64,000 bases of DNA from Pseudomonadota bacterium (GCA_020161215.1 JAIUOM010000001.1:23170-87169); one strand, 5' to 3'. Numbered from the stretch's first letter, positions 1-10,637 are shown. Numbers and translations: made by a program. Notes: generated from the sequence alone by a model not told the origin.

Positions 1-702
1 CAGTGAGCTGACCACGAAGGTGATCACCATGCCCAGCGCCACCGGCAGGTCCATGCTGACGCGCCGCAGGCGCAGATCCAGCAGCGCACCGCGAATGAAC
101 GGCTGGCAGGAGAACAGCATCACGGGCAGCGACAGCACCCACTGTGCCCAGCGCAGCAGATGAATAAGGTCGGGCTCGATCTCGCCCGGCGCCGTGAAAT
201 ACGCCGGCGCGGCGTACATCATGACCTGCATCATGCACAGGCCCGCGACCCCCAGGCGCCACAGCATCTTGCGGGTTTCGGCCCGGCGGACCTCGCCGGC
301 CCTCGCGTCATGCGCGGGCAAGGGCCGGTAGCCGGTGCGCGCCACGGCCTGCATCCAGGCGGAGGGGCGCGTGAGCTGCTCATCCCACACCACCCGACCG
401 CGGTGGCTGGCCGCGCTGACCTCGACCTCGCGCACGCCCGGCGTGGCGCGCAGCGCCTGCTCGATGGTCACCGCGCAGGCCGCGCAGTGCATGCCTTCGA
501 ACACGATGTTGGACTCCCAACAACCGGTGGCCGCGGGGTCCCCTTTTTCTGATGGGCGGCTGAACTCCAGCCATTCATCGCGCTCATCCAGCAAGGCGTA
601 GGGCGCCGACGCGCGCGCTGTCTGCGCGGGCTGCGGCTGCGACAAAGCCACGTCGCCCAGCAGTGGGGACAGCGGGGGGACGGCGCTGGTACCGTGTATC
701 AC
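1..702 (-). CDS. Heavy-metal (copper) translocating P-type ATPase, CcoI/FixI-like, N-terminal part (gene continues beyond window start)
   Basis: Hand translation of the minus strand from GTG at 702 (GGAG ~11 nt upstream) stays open to position 1. It contains the HMA motif FEGMHCAACAVTIEQAL followed by hydrophobic helices. It is absent from the ORF track because it is open at the window edge. Confidence 0.6.
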   Translation of the reverse strand, partial: MIHGTSAVPPLSPLLGDVALSQPQPAQTARASAPYALLDERDEWLEFSRPSEKGDPAATGCWESNIVFEGMHCAACAVTIEQALRATPGVREVEVSAASHRGRVVWDEQLTRPSAWMQAVARTGYRPLPAHDARAGEVRRAETRKMLWRLGVAGLCMMQVMMYAAPAYFTAPGEIEPDLIHLLRWAQWVLSLPVMLFSCQPFIRGALLDLRLRRVSMDLPVALGMVITFVVSSL

Positions 703-736
703 CCGGGCGACTTTATCTCCTTTCCCGGATTAAAAA

Positions 737-750
737 TTGACTTTCATCAA
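737..750. promoter_or_regulatory. FNR/Anr-type box TTGAC-N4-ATCAA in the divergent ccoI-like/uspA intergenic region
   Basis: ttgactttcatcaa has one mismatch to TTGAT-N4-ATCAA. Both flanking gene types are commonly oxygen-regulated. Confidence 0.45.
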
Positions 751-849
751 GAGTCGCGGAGGGGGGAAGGTTAAGGTATCGTCTTGTCTTGACACGCCCG
801 CATGGTGCGGGCGAGCATTCCGCGAAGACACGCCGAGAGGAGACCCTGC

Positions 850-1293
850 ATGTACACCCGCATTCTGGTTGCGACCGATGGTTCGAAACTGTCCAAGAAA
901 GCCGTCGACAACGCGATCGAACTGGCCGCCACCTGTGGCGCCGAACTGGTCGCCCTCAAGGTGGTTCCGCGTTACCCACAAAGCTATTTCGACGGTGGCA
1001 TTCCGCTGTCGACCGAGGACGTGGGGCGTGTCGAGGAACACTGGGCCGCCGACGCCCATGCCGTGGTGGAAGCCGTCAAGCAAGCCGGAGAAGCCAAGGG
1101 CGTCAAGGTCAAGGCCGTCATCGCCAAGTCCGATGTGGTCTCCGACGCCTTGATCGCCGCCGCCAAGAAGCACAAGGCCGACCTGATCGTGATGGCCTCG
1201 CACGGCCGCAAGGGCGTCAAGCGCCTGTTGCTGGGCAGTGAAACCCAGCAAGTGCTGACGCACTCCGAAATTCCGGTGCTGGTGCTGCGTTGA
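850..1293 (+). CDS. Universal stress protein (UspA family)
   Basis: MYTRILVATDGS...LIVMASHGRKGVKRLLLGSETQQVLTHSEIPVLVLR. The internal ATG at 850 is preceded by GAGAGGAG; the ORF-track start at 802 is probably too early. Confidence 0.8.
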   Translation: MYTRILVATDGSKLSKKAVDNAIELAATCGAELVALKVVPRYPQSYFDGGIPLSTEDVGRVEEHWAADAHAVVEAVKQAGEAKGVKVKAVIAKSDVVSDALIAAAKKHKADLIVMASHGRKGVKRLLLGSETQQVLTHSEIPVLVLR

Positions 1294-1352
1294 CCTCAAC
1301 CACGCGGGCACGCCCGCGTCAGGTGCGGCACTGAGCCGGCACCTTCAAAAAA

Positions 1353-1392
1353 CAACGGCTTCGGGCAAAAACCCGAAGCCGTTGTGCATTTT
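1353..1392. terminator. Bidirectional rho-independent terminator
   Basis: 13-bp perfect stem caacggcttcggg/cccgaagccgttg with a 6-nt loop, an A-run before and a T-rich run after, between convergent genes. Confidence 0.6.
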
Positions 1393-1441
1393 GCGCGCGC
1401 CGTGGTGGCGCCCGGTGCAAGGTCAGCCCAACGCGGTGCCC

Positions 1442-2068
1442 TCAGCGGGGCGTCACCGAGGCCAGGGGATCGTCCGGGGGCATGGGAATCCCCAAGGGAG
1501 CCGCCAGTGACGATGGCTGCTGCCCCTGCGGGCGAGCAGAAGGCGGCGGCAGGTAACCGGCCAGGCCATCGCGCAGGCCCATCTCAAGCCGGTCCACCCG
1601 GGAATGCAGCTCGCGGTTGTGGGTTTCCACGGCCTGCACCAGGCGGCTGATCTCGGCATCGACAGGACGATCGCGCAAGCCCATCTCGGCCCGATCGACG
1701 CGCGCCAGCGTTTCGCGCGCGTGGTTGTTCACGACTTCCGACAGGCGGGCCACTTCACGATCCAGGTGGGCACGCAGCTCCGTGAAGCGCGAGGCCTCGG
1801 CCTTGTCGGCCAGTTCGCGCTGCGCGGCCAGCTCCTTGGCGTGACGGCGCGTCTCGAGCAGCACGGTGCCCTGGGTGTAGGCGATCAGGCCAACGAACAC
1901 GGCCGACAACAACGCCATCAGACCCAGCAGCACCAGGCCCAGCGGGGCGTGCACCTCCATGAAAATCAACGACAAATCGGTGGCCCGGGTCATCTCCGCC
2001 CAATTGACACCGACAAATATCACGATGGCCGCGCCCACCAGCAGCAAGAACAGTGATCGCAAGGACAT
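1442..2068 (-). CDS. LapA-domain (DUF1049-like) inner-membrane protein with coiled-coil tail
   Basis: Two N-terminal TM helices (LFLLLVGAAIVIFVGVNW..., LGLVLLGLMALLSAVFVGLIAY), then a charged helical region with the internal repeat RVDRxEMGLRD. Confidence 0.5.
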   Translation of the reverse strand: MSLRSLFLLLVGAAIVIFVGVNWAEMTRATDLSLIFMEVHAPLGLVLLGLMALLSAVFVGLIAYTQGTVLLETRRHAKELAAQRELADKAEASRFTELRAHLDREVARLSEVVNNHARETLARVDRAEMGLRDRPVDAEISRLVQAVETHNRELHSRVDRLEMGLRDGLAGYLPPPSARPQGQQPSSLAAPLGIPMPPDDPLASVTPR

Positions 2069-2176
2069 TGGAAGCTCCCTTCAAAAAGCGGATCAAATCG
2101 CGGCCCCGGTACCCATGGAGCCGATATGGCGTCGAGTGTAGCCCGCCCTACCCCAGCCGCCTGTCAGCCAAGGCCG

Positions 2177-3745
2177 TCAAACGCCAGCGGGCACGAACAG
2201 ACCCTTGTGTTGGTCGCGCAGCAGGTTCTTCTGCACCTTGCCCATGGTGTTGCGTGGCAGCTCGGCGGCAATGAAGCAGCGCTTGGGAATCTTGAAGTTG
2301 GCCAGCTTGGCCTTCAGATCGGCGATCAGCCGCTCGGCGTCCAACGTGGCGCCGGCCTTGGGAATCACCACCAGCACGCCGACTTCCCCGAAATCGGGAT
2401 GCGGCACACCGACGACGGCGCTCTCGGCCACACCGGCCAATTCGTTGACGTAGCCCTCGATCTCGGCCGGGTACACGTTGTAGCCGCCGCTGATGATCAA
2501 ATCCTTGCTGCGTCCTACGATGGTGACGTAGCCACGCTCGTCCTGCTTGCCGACGTCGCCGGTCTTGAAAAAACCGTCGGCGGTGAACTCTTCCTTGGTT
2601 TTCTCGGGCATTTGCCAATAGCCGCTGAACACGTTCGGCCCCCTGACCTGGATGCCGCCGATCTCGCCCACCGGCACGGCCGCCCCCTCATCGTCCAGCA
2701 CGCGCAGTCCGACACCCGGCAGCGGAAAACCGACGGTGCCGCCACGGCGCTCGGACTGGCCCTGGTAGCGCCCATCGGCCCGGTATGGGTTGCTGGTCAG
2801 CATGATGGTCTCGCTCATGCCGTACCGCTCCAGGATGGTGTGGCCGGTGCGCGCCTGCCAGTCGTGGAAGGTCTCGATCAGCAGCGGCGCGGAGCCGCTG
2901 ATGAACAAGCGCATGTGCGCCGCCTGCTCGCGCGTCAGCGCCGCCTCGCCCAGCATGCGCACGTAGAGCGTGGGCACGCCCATGAACACGCTGGCGCGCG
3001 GCAGATCGGCGATCACCCGCTTGGGATCGAACTTGCCGTGCCAGAGCATCTTGCTGCCATTGAGCAGCGCGCCGTGGATGGCGACGAACAGGCCGTGCAC
3101 GTGGAAAATGGGCAGCGCGTGGATCAGCACGTCGCCTTTTTGCCAGCCCCAGTAGTCCTTGAGCATCACCGCGTTCGACAGCAGGTTGCCGTGCGAGAGC
3201 ATGGCGCCCTTGCTGCGGCCGGTGGTGCCGCTGGTGTAGAGGATGGCCGCCAAGTCGTCGGCCTGCCGGTGCACCGGGGTTTGCCGGTCCGAGCAATGCG
3301 CGGCACGCTCCAGCAGGCTGCCGCCGCGGTCGTCGTCGAGCGTGAAGACATGGCGCGTGCCAGCCTTGAAGGCGATCTTGCTGACCCAGTTGAAGTTGCC
3401 ACCGCCGCACACCACCACGGCGGGCTGGGCGTTGCCGATGAAGTACTCGATTTCCGCGCTCTGGTAGGCGGTGTTGAGCGGCAGGAACACGAAACCGGCA
3501 CGCAAGGTGGCCAGGTACAACACCATGGCCTCGACCGATTTCTCGACCTGCACCGCCACGCGCGGCGGCGCGCCGTCGTCGCGCTCGGGTATCTCCAGCG
3601 ACTGCAGCAGGTTGGCGACCATCGCGGTGGCGCGGTCCAGGTCGCGCCAGGAGTAGTTCAGACCGTTGTCGGTCTCGACGGCAATACCGTCCAAGTCGGC
3701 GGGAAAAGCATCGCGCAGCGCGCTGAAAAGGTTCTGCTGGGTCAT
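2177..3745 (-). CDS. matB: Malonyl-CoA synthetase (AMP-dependent ligase)
   Basis: AMP-binding motifs LYTSGTTGRSKGAMLSH, YGMSET and GDVGKQDERGYVTIVGRSKD. Close overall resemblance to remembered MatB sequences. A malonyl-CoA decarboxylase is in the same cluster. Confidence 0.75.
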   Translation of the reverse strand: MTQQNLFSALRDAFPADLDGIAVETDNGLNYSWRDLDRATAMVANLLQSLEIPERDDGAPPRVAVQVEKSVEAMVLYLATLRAGFVFLPLNTAYQSAEIEYFIGNAQPAVVVCGGGNFNWVSKIAFKAGTRHVFTLDDDRGGSLLERAAHCSDRQTPVHRQADDLAAILYTSGTTGRSKGAMLSHGNLLSNAVMLKDYWGWQKGDVLIHALPIFHVHGLFVAIHGALLNGSKMLWHGKFDPKRVIADLPRASVFMGVPTLYVRMLGEAALTREQAAHMRLFISGSAPLLIETFHDWQARTGHTILERYGMSETIMLTSNPYRADGRYQGQSERRGGTVGFPLPGVGLRVLDDEGAAVPVGEIGGIQVRGPNVFSGYWQMPEKTKEEFTADGFFKTGDVGKQDERGYVTIVGRSKDLIISGGYNVYPAEIEGYVNELAGVAESAVVGVPHPDFGEVGVLVVIPKAGATLDAERLIADLKAKLANFKIPKRCFIAAELPRNTMGKVQKNLLRDQHKGLFVPAGV

Positions 3746-3772
3746 GACAATCGATGAGAGAAGTGACTGCGT

Positions 3773-4567
3773 TCAGAAGCGCGCCGGGCGCTTTTCCAGG
3801 AAGGCCGCGATGCCCTCCCGGTGCTCCGCGCTGTCGGCGTAGTCATAGGCCGAATTTACTATGCTATTGATAGCTGCTCCGGATTGATTGGCGCCGGCCA
3901 CCTGGGCATTCAGGGCACGAAACGTCTGTTTGTGCAGGCGCGCGGCGCCGGGTGCCAAGGCGGCGATGCGGTCGGCGCGCTCGCGGGCGTGCGGCCACAG
4001 GGCGGTGGGTGCCAGCACGCGGCTGAGAAAGCCCCGCGCCTTCATTTCGGTGGCGTCGAGCACGGCCGCCTCCAGCAGCAGCTCGTGCACCGTGACTTCG
4101 CCGGCCACGCGCGTCACCAGTTCGGCCTCGCGCGGCGCCATGGGAAAGCACAGCTTGGCGATCGGGGCGCCAAAGCGGGCACTGTCGGCCGCCACGCGGA
4201 TGTCGCAGCAACTGGCGATCTCCACGCCCGCGCCCATGCAATGGCCTTCGATGACGGCGAGGATGGGCACGTCGCAGGCCAGCATGGCCGACAAACCGCC
4301 CCACACATCCTCTTCATGAAAGGCGCGCAGGCTGGCCGGGTCGAAGCGGAAACCGGGGTACTCGGCGATGTCGCCGCCGGCGCAGAAATGGCCGCCCTCG
4401 CCGCGCACCAGCACGCAACGCAGATCGGTGCGCGCCTGCACCTGCCCAAACACCTCGCGCAGCGCGCGCCACATGGCGCGCGACATGGCGTTGAACTTGT
4501 CCGGGTTGCGCAGCACGACAGTGGCCACGGCCCCATCGGCCCGCAGATCAATCGATGCGGATGCCAC
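3773..4567 (-). CDS. Enoyl-CoA hydratase/isomerase (crotonase) family protein
   Basis: VATVVLRNPDKFNAMS...FCAGGDI...GHCMGAGVEIA crotonase-fold motifs. Confidence 0.8.
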   Translation of the reverse strand: MASASIDLRADGAVATVVLRNPDKFNAMSRAMWRALREVFGQVQARTDLRCVLVRGEGGHFCAGGDIAEYPGFRFDPASLRAFHEEDVWGGLSAMLACDVPILAVIEGHCMGAGVEIASCCDIRVAADSARFGAPIAKLCFPMAPREAELVTRVAGEVTVHELLLEAAVLDATEMKARGFLSRVLAPTALWPHARERADRIAALAPGAARLHKQTFRALNAQVAGANQSGAAINSIVNSAYDYADSAEHREGIAAFLEKRPARF

Positions 4568-5534
4568 CGGAGGCCTTGACCACCTTCGCCCATTTGGCGA
4601 CTTCCAGCTGCACGAAACCGGCGAAGGCCGGCCCTTCCAGATTGGCGAACTCCGCCCCCTGGCCGGCCCAGATCTGCTTGTTCTCGGGCGTTTGCACCGA
4701 CTTGCGCACGGCCTCGGTCATGGCCGCCTGCATTTCAGGGGGCGTGCCCTTGGGGGCCCAGATACCGTACCAGGTGGCCACGTCGTAGTCCTTCAGCCCG
4801 GATTCGGCCGCCGAGGGCACGTCCGGGAAGGCCGGGTTGCGCGTGCGCCCGGCCATCATCAAGGGCTTGATGCGCCCACCCTTGATGTGCGCCGCCGAGG
4901 AGCCCAGGCCGTCGAACATCATGTCCACCTCGCCGGCAATCAGTGCCTGCAAGGCCGGGCCGGCGCCGCGGTAGGGGATGTGGGTGATGAAGGTGCCGGT
5001 CTGCTGCTTGAACAGCTCGCCCGCCAGGTGGTGCGAGGTGCCGCTGCCGGCCGACGCGTAATTCAGCTTGCCGGGATTTTTCTTGACGTAGTCGATCAGT
5101 TCCTGGATGGTGCGCGCCTCCACGCGCTTGGGGTTGACCACCACCACCTGCGGCACGCGCGCGACCAGGATGAGCGGCGCGAAATCCTGCAGCAGGTCGT
5201 ATTGCAGCTTCGGGTAGACGCTGGGCGCGATGGCGTGGTGCACGCCGCCCATGAAGTAGTTGTAGCCGTCGGCCGGCGCCCGCGCCGCGATGGCCGCACC
5301 CACGGTTCCGCCCCCTCCGCCCTTGTTGTCGATCAACAGGTTCTGGCCGGTCTGCCGGGTGAACTGCGCGCCCAACGGCCGCGCGAAGGCGTCGGTGCCG
5401 CCCCCGGCTGGGAAAGGCACGATCAGGTTCACGGGCTTGGACGGCCAGGGATGCTGTTGCGCCCAGGCACCGAACGAACCCGCCAAGGACGCGGCGGCCA
5501 CGATGGCCTGCCGACGGGAAAGAGACGAAACCAT
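4548..5534 (-). CDS. Bug/TctC-family tripartite tricarboxylate transporter substrate-binding protein
   Basis: Signal peptide with RRQ, then KPVNLIVPFPAGGGTDAFARPL...NKGGGGGTVG, typical of Bug proteins. Confidence 0.8.
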   Translation of the reverse strand: MVSSLSRRQAIVAAASLAGSFGAWAQQHPWPSKPVNLIVPFPAGGGTDAFARPLGAQFTRQTGQNLLIDNKGGGGGTVGAAIAARAPADGYNYFMGGVHHAIAPSVYPKLQYDLLQDFAPLILVARVPQVVVVNPKRVEARTIQELIDYVKKNPGKLNYASAGSGTSHHLAGELFKQQTGTFITHIPYRGAGPALQALIAGEVDMMFDGLGSSAAHIKGGRIKPLMMAGRTRNPAFPDVPSAAESGLKDYDVATWYGIWAPKGTPPEMQAAMTEAVRKSVQTPENKQIWAGQGAEFANLEGPAFAGFVQLEVAKWAKVVKASGGIRID

Positions 5535-5568
5535 CTGGAGCTCCTGAAAAAAGCCGAAACAAAACCGG

Positions 5569-6981
5569 TTAAGTCTGCAACGATTCGACCGCCGAAGATA
5601 CTGGTAATTTTCCCTGAGCCAGCATGGCGCGGTACTTGTCCAGCCGCCGCAAGTCGTACAGGTAGTTGACCATCAGGCCATAGGACTGTTTCAGCCCCTT
5701 GGGCGACGGATCGGCCCGCCAGTTCAGGCGCTCGACCCGGGCGCCGTTGCCCAAATGAAAGCGTGCCACGGCGTCCACCGGTTTGCCGTCCCCGGTCAGG
5801 GCCTGGCCGAGGTAGTGCGCGGCGGCCCCCAGCAGCCAGCGCACGCGCGCCGATTTTTCATCCAACGACGCCACATCCTCCAGCGCCGCCAGCAACTCGG
5901 GCGCGTCGATCGTCTCGCGCCCGAGTTCGGCGGCCAGCGCCTGGCGAGCGCGTTTGGGCAGGCGGGCCAGCAGGGCTTCGGCGTTGCGGCCCAACCAGGC
6001 ACGCAGGCCGGGGATGGGCGAGAGCGTGGCAAAGGTTTTGAGCTGGGGAAACTCCGCGCGCAGCGTCTCGACCACGCGCTTGATCAGCGAGTCTCCAAAG
6101 CTCACGCCGCGCAGGCCGGCCTGCGTGTTGCTGATGGAGTAGAAGATGGCCGTGCTGGCCTTGCCCGGCACGGCCGGCGCGGCGTCAACGTCGAGCAGGG
6201 GCGTGATGCTGCCGGCCATGTCGTCCAGCAAAGCCACCTCGACGAAAATCAGCGGCTCGTCGGGCAGGCGCGGATGAAAGAAACCGTAGCAGCGGCGGTC
6301 CTCGTCCAGCCGATTCTTGGCGTCGGCCCAGCTGTGGATGTCGTGGACGGCCTCGTACTTGATGAGTTTCTCGATCAGCGAGGCCGGCGAATTCCAGCTG
6401 ATGCGGCGCAGGTCCAGAAAGCCGACGTCGAACCAGGTGCTGAACAGGTCCTCCAGCTCGGCGTCAAGTGCCAGCAGGCGCTTGTCGGTCTTCAGGTGCG
6501 GCAGCAACTCGGCCCGCAGATCGACCAGAAAACGCACCCCTTGCGGAAAAGCGGCAAAGCGCTGCAGCAGCCGCGTGCGCGGCGAGGTAAAGGCCTTGCG
6601 CAGCCGTACCTCGGCGCGCGCTTCCTCGTGCGTGCCACGGGCCGCCTCGTAGGCTTCGCGCGCGCTCTGAATGTCGGTGGCGTCGGGCGTGAACTGCTCG
6701 CTCATCAGCAGCCAGCAATCGCGCCGCTCCTCGGGCGAGGCCTCGGCGTAGCGCCGCGCCACGGCGGCGGCGCGGCGGCCGCCCTCGACCTCGCTCACGC
6801 TCAGATCGGCCACCTGCTGCAGCTCGCGCAGCGTGCGGCGCAGCAGCCACGGCGACAGCGCTTCCTCCTTGCGGCCGAGCATGGCGCTCAGGCGTTCATG
6901 GGTCGAGCGGGCCGCGTCGCGGGCGTCCGGGCCGGTCTCGGCCTTGGCGGGTTTCGGTTCGGTGCTCATGGCCACTACCAC
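5569..6981 (-). CDS. Malonyl-CoA decarboxylase
   Basis: 470 aa; the C-terminal FHLGNGARVERLNWRADPSPKGLKQSYGLMVNYLY is characteristic of the MCD family. Confidence 0.8.
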   Translation of the reverse strand: MVVAMSTEPKPAKAETGPDARDAARSTHERLSAMLGRKEEALSPWLLRRTLRELQQVADLSVSEVEGGRRAAAVARRYAEASPEERRDCWLLMSEQFTPDATDIQSAREAYEAARGTHEEARAEVRLRKAFTSPRTRLLQRFAAFPQGVRFLVDLRAELLPHLKTDKRLLALDAELEDLFSTWFDVGFLDLRRISWNSPASLIEKLIKYEAVHDIHSWADAKNRLDEDRRCYGFFHPRLPDEPLIFVEVALLDDMAGSITPLLDVDAAPAVPGKASTAIFYSISNTQAGLRGVSFGDSLIKRVVETLRAEFPQLKTFATLSPIPGLRAWLGRNAEALLARLPKRARQALAAELGRETIDAPELLAALEDVASLDEKSARVRWLLGAAAHYLGQALTGDGKPVDAVARFHLGNGARVERLNWRADPSPKGLKQSYGLMVNYLYDLRRLDKYRAMLAQGKLPVSSAVESLQT

Positions 6982-7020
6982 TCCAATAAGCTGATTCGCC
7001 TGACGGGGCCGACCCCGTCC

Positions 7021-7845
7021 TCAGGCCGGGCGCGGCGCCGGCTCCGGTTGCCGGGTGGCCCAGAGCCACAGGGCGGCACCGGCCAGCACCATCGGCACGC
7101 ACAGCCACTGCCCCATGCTCAGGCCCAGCGCCAGCAGGCCCAGGTAGGCATCGGGTTCGCGGAAGTACTCGGCGCTAAAGCGGAACACGCCGTAGCCGAC
7201 CAAAAACGCCCCGCTGACCTGGCCCATCTTGCGCGGCTGGCGCGCATACAGCCACAGCAGGACGAACAGCAGCACGCCCTCCAGCAGAAACTGGTAGATC
7301 TGCGAGGGATGGCGGGGCGCGTCGCCGGCGCCCCGAAACACCATCGCCCAGGGCAACGAGGGATCGGCCGCGCGGCCCCACAGCTCGCCGTTGATGAAAT
7401 TGCCAATGCGCCCGCTGGCCAAGCCCAGCGGCACGCAAGGCGCCACCAGATCGGTGACCTGCAACCAGGGTCGCCGGCGCGTGCGCGCCCAGGCCATCAT
7501 GGCCAGGATCACGCCCAGCATGCCGCCATGAAAACTCATGCCGCCCTGCCAGATGTAGAACACCTCCAGCGGGTGCGTGGCGTAATAGGCCGGCTTGTAA
7601 AACAGGCAATAGCCCAGTCGCCCGCCGAGAATGACGCCCATCACGCCCCAGAACAGCAGATCCTCGATGTCGCGCCGCGTCCAGGGCGCGGGTTGGGTGA
7701 TGGAGGCGAACGGCTCATGGCGCAAGCGCCGGCTGGCCAGCCAGAAAAACAGCGCGAAAGCGACCAAATAGGTCAGGCCGTACCAGTGGATGGCCAGCGG
7801 ACCGATGCGGATCGCGACGGGATCGATGTTCGGGTGGATCAGCAT
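7021..7845 (-). CDS. lgt: Prolipoprotein diacylglyceryl transferase
   Basis: [30 protein letters not shown]...[14 protein letters not shown]. Start moved to the ATG at 7845; the ORF-track version (to 8283) is an unlikely Gly/Ala/Arg-rich extension. Confidence 0.85.
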   Translation of the reverse strand: MLIHPNIDPVAIRIGPLAIHWYGLTYLVAFALFFWLASRRLRHEPFASITQPAPWTRRDIEDLLFWGVMGVILGGRLGYCLFYKPAYYATHPLEVFYIWQGGMSFHGGMLGVILAMMAWARTRRRPWLQVTDLVAPCVPLGLASGRIGNFINGELWGRAADPSLPWAMVFRGAGDAPRHPSQIYQFLLEGVLLFVLLWLYARQPRKMGQVSGAFLVGYGVFRFSAEYFREPDAYLGLLALGLSMGQWLCVPMVLAGAALWLWATRQPEPAPRPA

Positions 7846-8786
7846 GCGTCCGATTGTGCCCGCTCGGCCGAAGCGCCGACAAAATCCAGAAAACGCGCCA
7901 GCACGGGACTCACCCGTTCCGTCGACCAAACCAGGCGCGTCTCGCAGGCCGGCACCCGGCGCGCGCCACGCCCCGGCGCCGGTCGGTACACCACGCCGGC
8001 GCGCTGAAAGCGCTCCACGCTCTGCGGCACCCAGGCCAGACCCAGGCCAGCCGACACCAGATTCACGATGGTCTGCATTTGGATCGCCTCTTGCGCCACC
8101 TGCGGCGCTCGCCCACCCGCGTGGTAGAGCGCGAACACCGCATCGTGCAGCGAGGACGCGATGCGGCGCGGAAAAATCACCAGGGGCTCGGCCAGCACCT
8201 GCGCCAAAGTCCACCGGCTGCCCTGCGCCAGCGCGTGCTGCTCCGGCAAGGCCAGCACCAGCGGCTCCACCGCCACGCGCCAATGGGCCAGCCCGGGCGA
8301 CGGTGAGCCACTGGCCAGCAGCATCAGGCCGGCGTCGATCTCCCCGCGCTCGAGCAGCTCGGCCTGCACGTCGCTGGTGGCTTCGATCAGCTCCAGGTGC
8401 ACGCCCGGCGCCTGTTCGCGCCAGGCGCGCACCCAGCGCGGCAGCAGCTCGAAACCAGCCGTGGACACGAACGCCAGCCGAATCCGACCCAGCTCACCCC
8501 GGGCGGCGCCGCGCGCCAACGGCGGCAGCGCCCGGGCACGGGCCAGCAGCTCGCGCACCTCGGGCAGCAGGGCCGCGCCGGCCGGGGTCAGCGCCACGCG
8601 ACGGCGTGTGCGGTCGAACAGGCTTGCGCCCAAGGTCTGCTCCAGGCCGGCGATGGCCTGGGTCAGCGGCGGCTGGGTCATGTGCAAGCGCGCGGCGGCG
8701 CGGCCAAAGTGCAGTTCCTCGGCCACGGCCAGAAACTGCCGCCAATGCCGTAATTCAATCCATCGTTGATTTTCTTCTGGATTCAT
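7839..8786 (-). CDS. LysR-family transcriptional regulator
   Basis: N-terminal [41 protein letters not shown]. Divergent from ilvD. Confidence 0.85.
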   Translation of the reverse strand: MNPEENQRWIELRHWRQFLAVAEELHFGRAAARLHMTQPPLTQAIAGLEQTLGASLFDRTRRRVALTPAGAALLPEVRELLARARALPPLARGAARGELGRIRLAFVSTAGFELLPRWVRAWREQAPGVHLELIEATSDVQAELLERGEIDAGLMLLASGSPSPGLAHWRVAVEPLVLALPEQHALAQGSRWTLAQVLAEPLVIFPRRIASSLHDAVFALYHAGGRAPQVAQEAIQMQTIVNLVSAGLGLAWVPQSVERFQRAGVVYRPAPGRGARRVPACETRLVWSTERVSPVLARFLDFVGASAERAQSDAC

Positions 8787-8799
8787 ATGCTCAGCATAT
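8785..8799. promoter_or_regulatory. LysR-type T-N11-A palindrome
   Basis: atatgctcagcatat (arms ATATGC/GCATAT) at the LysR start, in the divergent LysR/ilvD region. Confidence 0.4.
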
Positions 8800-8912
8800 C
8801 AATGGCGCCCACGGATCGGATTGGAATCGGCGCGCAGCCTGGCGCATACTCCCCATTTTTCCGTCGCCGCGGGCCGCGCCCGCCCCACCCTCATCAACCG
8901 CCGAGAACCGAC

Positions 8913-10637
8913 ATGGCCGATTCCAAGCCCATCACCATCCTGCCCATCAACCGCCGCAGCGCCAACATCACCCAGGGCAAAAGCCGCGCGCCCAACCGCA
9001 GCATGTACTACGCGATGGGCTATGGAGAGAGCGATTTTTCCAAGCCCATGGTCGGCGTGGCGAACGGCCACAGCACCATCACGCCCTGCAACAGCGGCCT
9101 GCAAAAGCTGGCCGACGCGGCCGTGGCGGGCATCGAGGAAGCCGGCGGCAACGCCCAGATTTTCGGCACCCCCACCATCAGCGACGGCATGGCCATGGGC
9201 ACCGAGGGCATGAAGTACAGCCTGGTCAGCCGTGAGGTCATCTCCGATTGCGTCGAGACCTGCGTGCAGGGCCAGTGGATGGACGGCGTGGTGGTGGTCG
9301 GCGGCTGCGACAAAAACATGCCCGGCGGCATGATGGGCATGCTGCGCGCCAACGTGCCGGCCATCTACGTGTACGGCGGCACCATCCTGCCCGGCAAGTG
9401 GAAGGGGCAAGACCTGAACATCGTCAGCGTGTTCGAGGCCGTGGGCCAGAACGCCGCCGGCAAGCTGAGCGACAGCGACCTGAAGGAAATCGAGCAGCAC
9501 GCCATTCCCGGCACCGGTTCGTGCGGCGGCATGTACACGGCCAACACCATGTCCAGCGCCTTCGAGGCCCTTGGTATGTCGCTGCCCTACTCCAGCACCA
9601 TGGCCAACCCGCACGACGAGAAGCAGAACTCGGCCAAGGAGTCGGCCAAGGTGCTGATCGAGGCCATCAAGAAGGACCTGAAGCCGCGCGACATCGTCAC
9701 CAAGCAGGCCATCGAGAACGCCGTGGCCGTCATCATGGCCACCGGTGGCTCCACCAACGCCGTGCTGCACTTCCTGGCCATCGCCCACTCGGCCGAGGTG
9801 GAATGGACCATCGACGACTTCGAGCGCATGCGCAAGAAGGTGCCGGTACTGTGCGACCTGAAACCCAGCGGCAAGTACCTGGCCGTGGACCTGCACCAGG
9901 CCGGTGGCATCCCGCAGGTGATGAAGATTCTGCTGAAAGCCGGCCTGCTGCACGGCGACTGCATCACCATCACCGGCAAGACCGTGGCCGAGAACCTGAA
10001 GGACGTGCCCGACACCCCGCCCGCCGGGCAGGACGTCATCCGCCCCATCGACCAGCCGATGTACGCGCAAGGGCACCTGGCCATCCTCAAGGGCAACCTG
10101 AGCCCCGAGGGCGCGGTGGCCAAGATCACGGGCTTGAAAAACCCCGTCATCACCGGCCCAGCGCGCGTGTTCGACGACGAGCAATCGGCCCTGCAGGCCA
10201 TCCTGGACGGCAAGATCAAGGCCGGCGACGTGATGGTGCTGCGTTACCTCGGCCCCAAGGGCGGGCCGGGCATGCCCGAAATGTTGGCGCCCACGGGCGC
10301 ACTGATCGGCGCTGGCCTGGGTGAAAGCGTGGGCCTGATCACCGACGGGCGCTTCTCTGGCGGCACCTGGGGCATGGTGGTGGGCCACGTGGCACCCGAG
10401 GCCGCCGCGGGCGGCAATATCGCGCTGGTGCATGAAGGCGACTCGATCACCATCGACGCACATCAGCTGCAGCTGGAGCTGAACGTGGACGCCGCCGAAC
10501 TGGCCCAGCGCCGCGCCGCCTGGAAGGCTCCCGCCCCGCGCTACACGCGCGGCGTGCAAGCCAAGTTCGCGTTCAACGCCGCCAGCGCCAGCCGGGGCGC
10601 GGTGCTGGACGATTTCTCCGCTGGTTGCGGGGTCTGA
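8913..10637 (+). CDS. ilvD: Dihydroxy-acid dehydratase
   Basis: [37 protein letters not shown]...CDKNMPG...TDGRFSGGT. Start moved to the ATG at 8913. Confidence 0.9.
   Translation: MADSKPITILPINRRSANITQGKSRAPNRSMYYAMGYGESDFSKPMVGVANGHSTITPCNSGLQKLADAAVAGIEEAGGNAQIFGTPTISDGMAMGTEGMKYSLVSREVISDCVETCVQGQWMDGVVVVGGCDKNMPGGMMGMLRANVPAIYVYGGTILPGKWKGQDLNIVSVFEAVGQNAAGKLSDSDLKEIEQHAIPGTGSCGGMYTANTMSSAFEALGMSLPYSSTMANPHDEKQNSAKESAKVLIEAIKKDLKPRDIVTKQAIENAVAVIMATGGSTNAVLHFLAIAHSAEVEWTIDDFERMRKKVPVLCDLKPSGKYLAVDLHQAGGIPQVMKILLKAGLLHGDCITITGKTVAENLKDVPDTPPAGQDVIRPIDQPMYAQGHLAILKGNLSPEGAVAKITGLKNPVITGPARVFDDEQSALQAILDGKIKAGDVMVLRYLGPKGGPGMPEMLAPTGALIGAGLGESVGLITDGRFSGGTWGMVVGHVAPEAAAGGNIALVHEGDSITIDAHQLQLELNVDAAELAQRRAAWKAPAPRYTRGVQAKFAFNAASASRGAVLDDFSAGCGV

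Noticed and set aside
2126-3757. Long + strand ORF (543 aa) opposite matB. Similar long antisense ORFs occur at 5755-8007, 8799-10559, 12371-13762, 14690-16039, 16072-17571, 17505-19097, 18785-20704 and 61856-63520.
   Set aside because: These are typical shadow ORFs of high-GC DNA. They are Arg/Gly/Ala/His-rich low-complexity translations with no motifs, each lying opposite a gene with clear family signatures.
7846-8283. N-terminal 146-aa extension of lgt in the ORF track.
   Set aside because: The extension is Gly/Ala/Arg-rich, overlaps the LysR gene on the same strand in another frame, and canonical Lgt begins at MLIHPNIDP.
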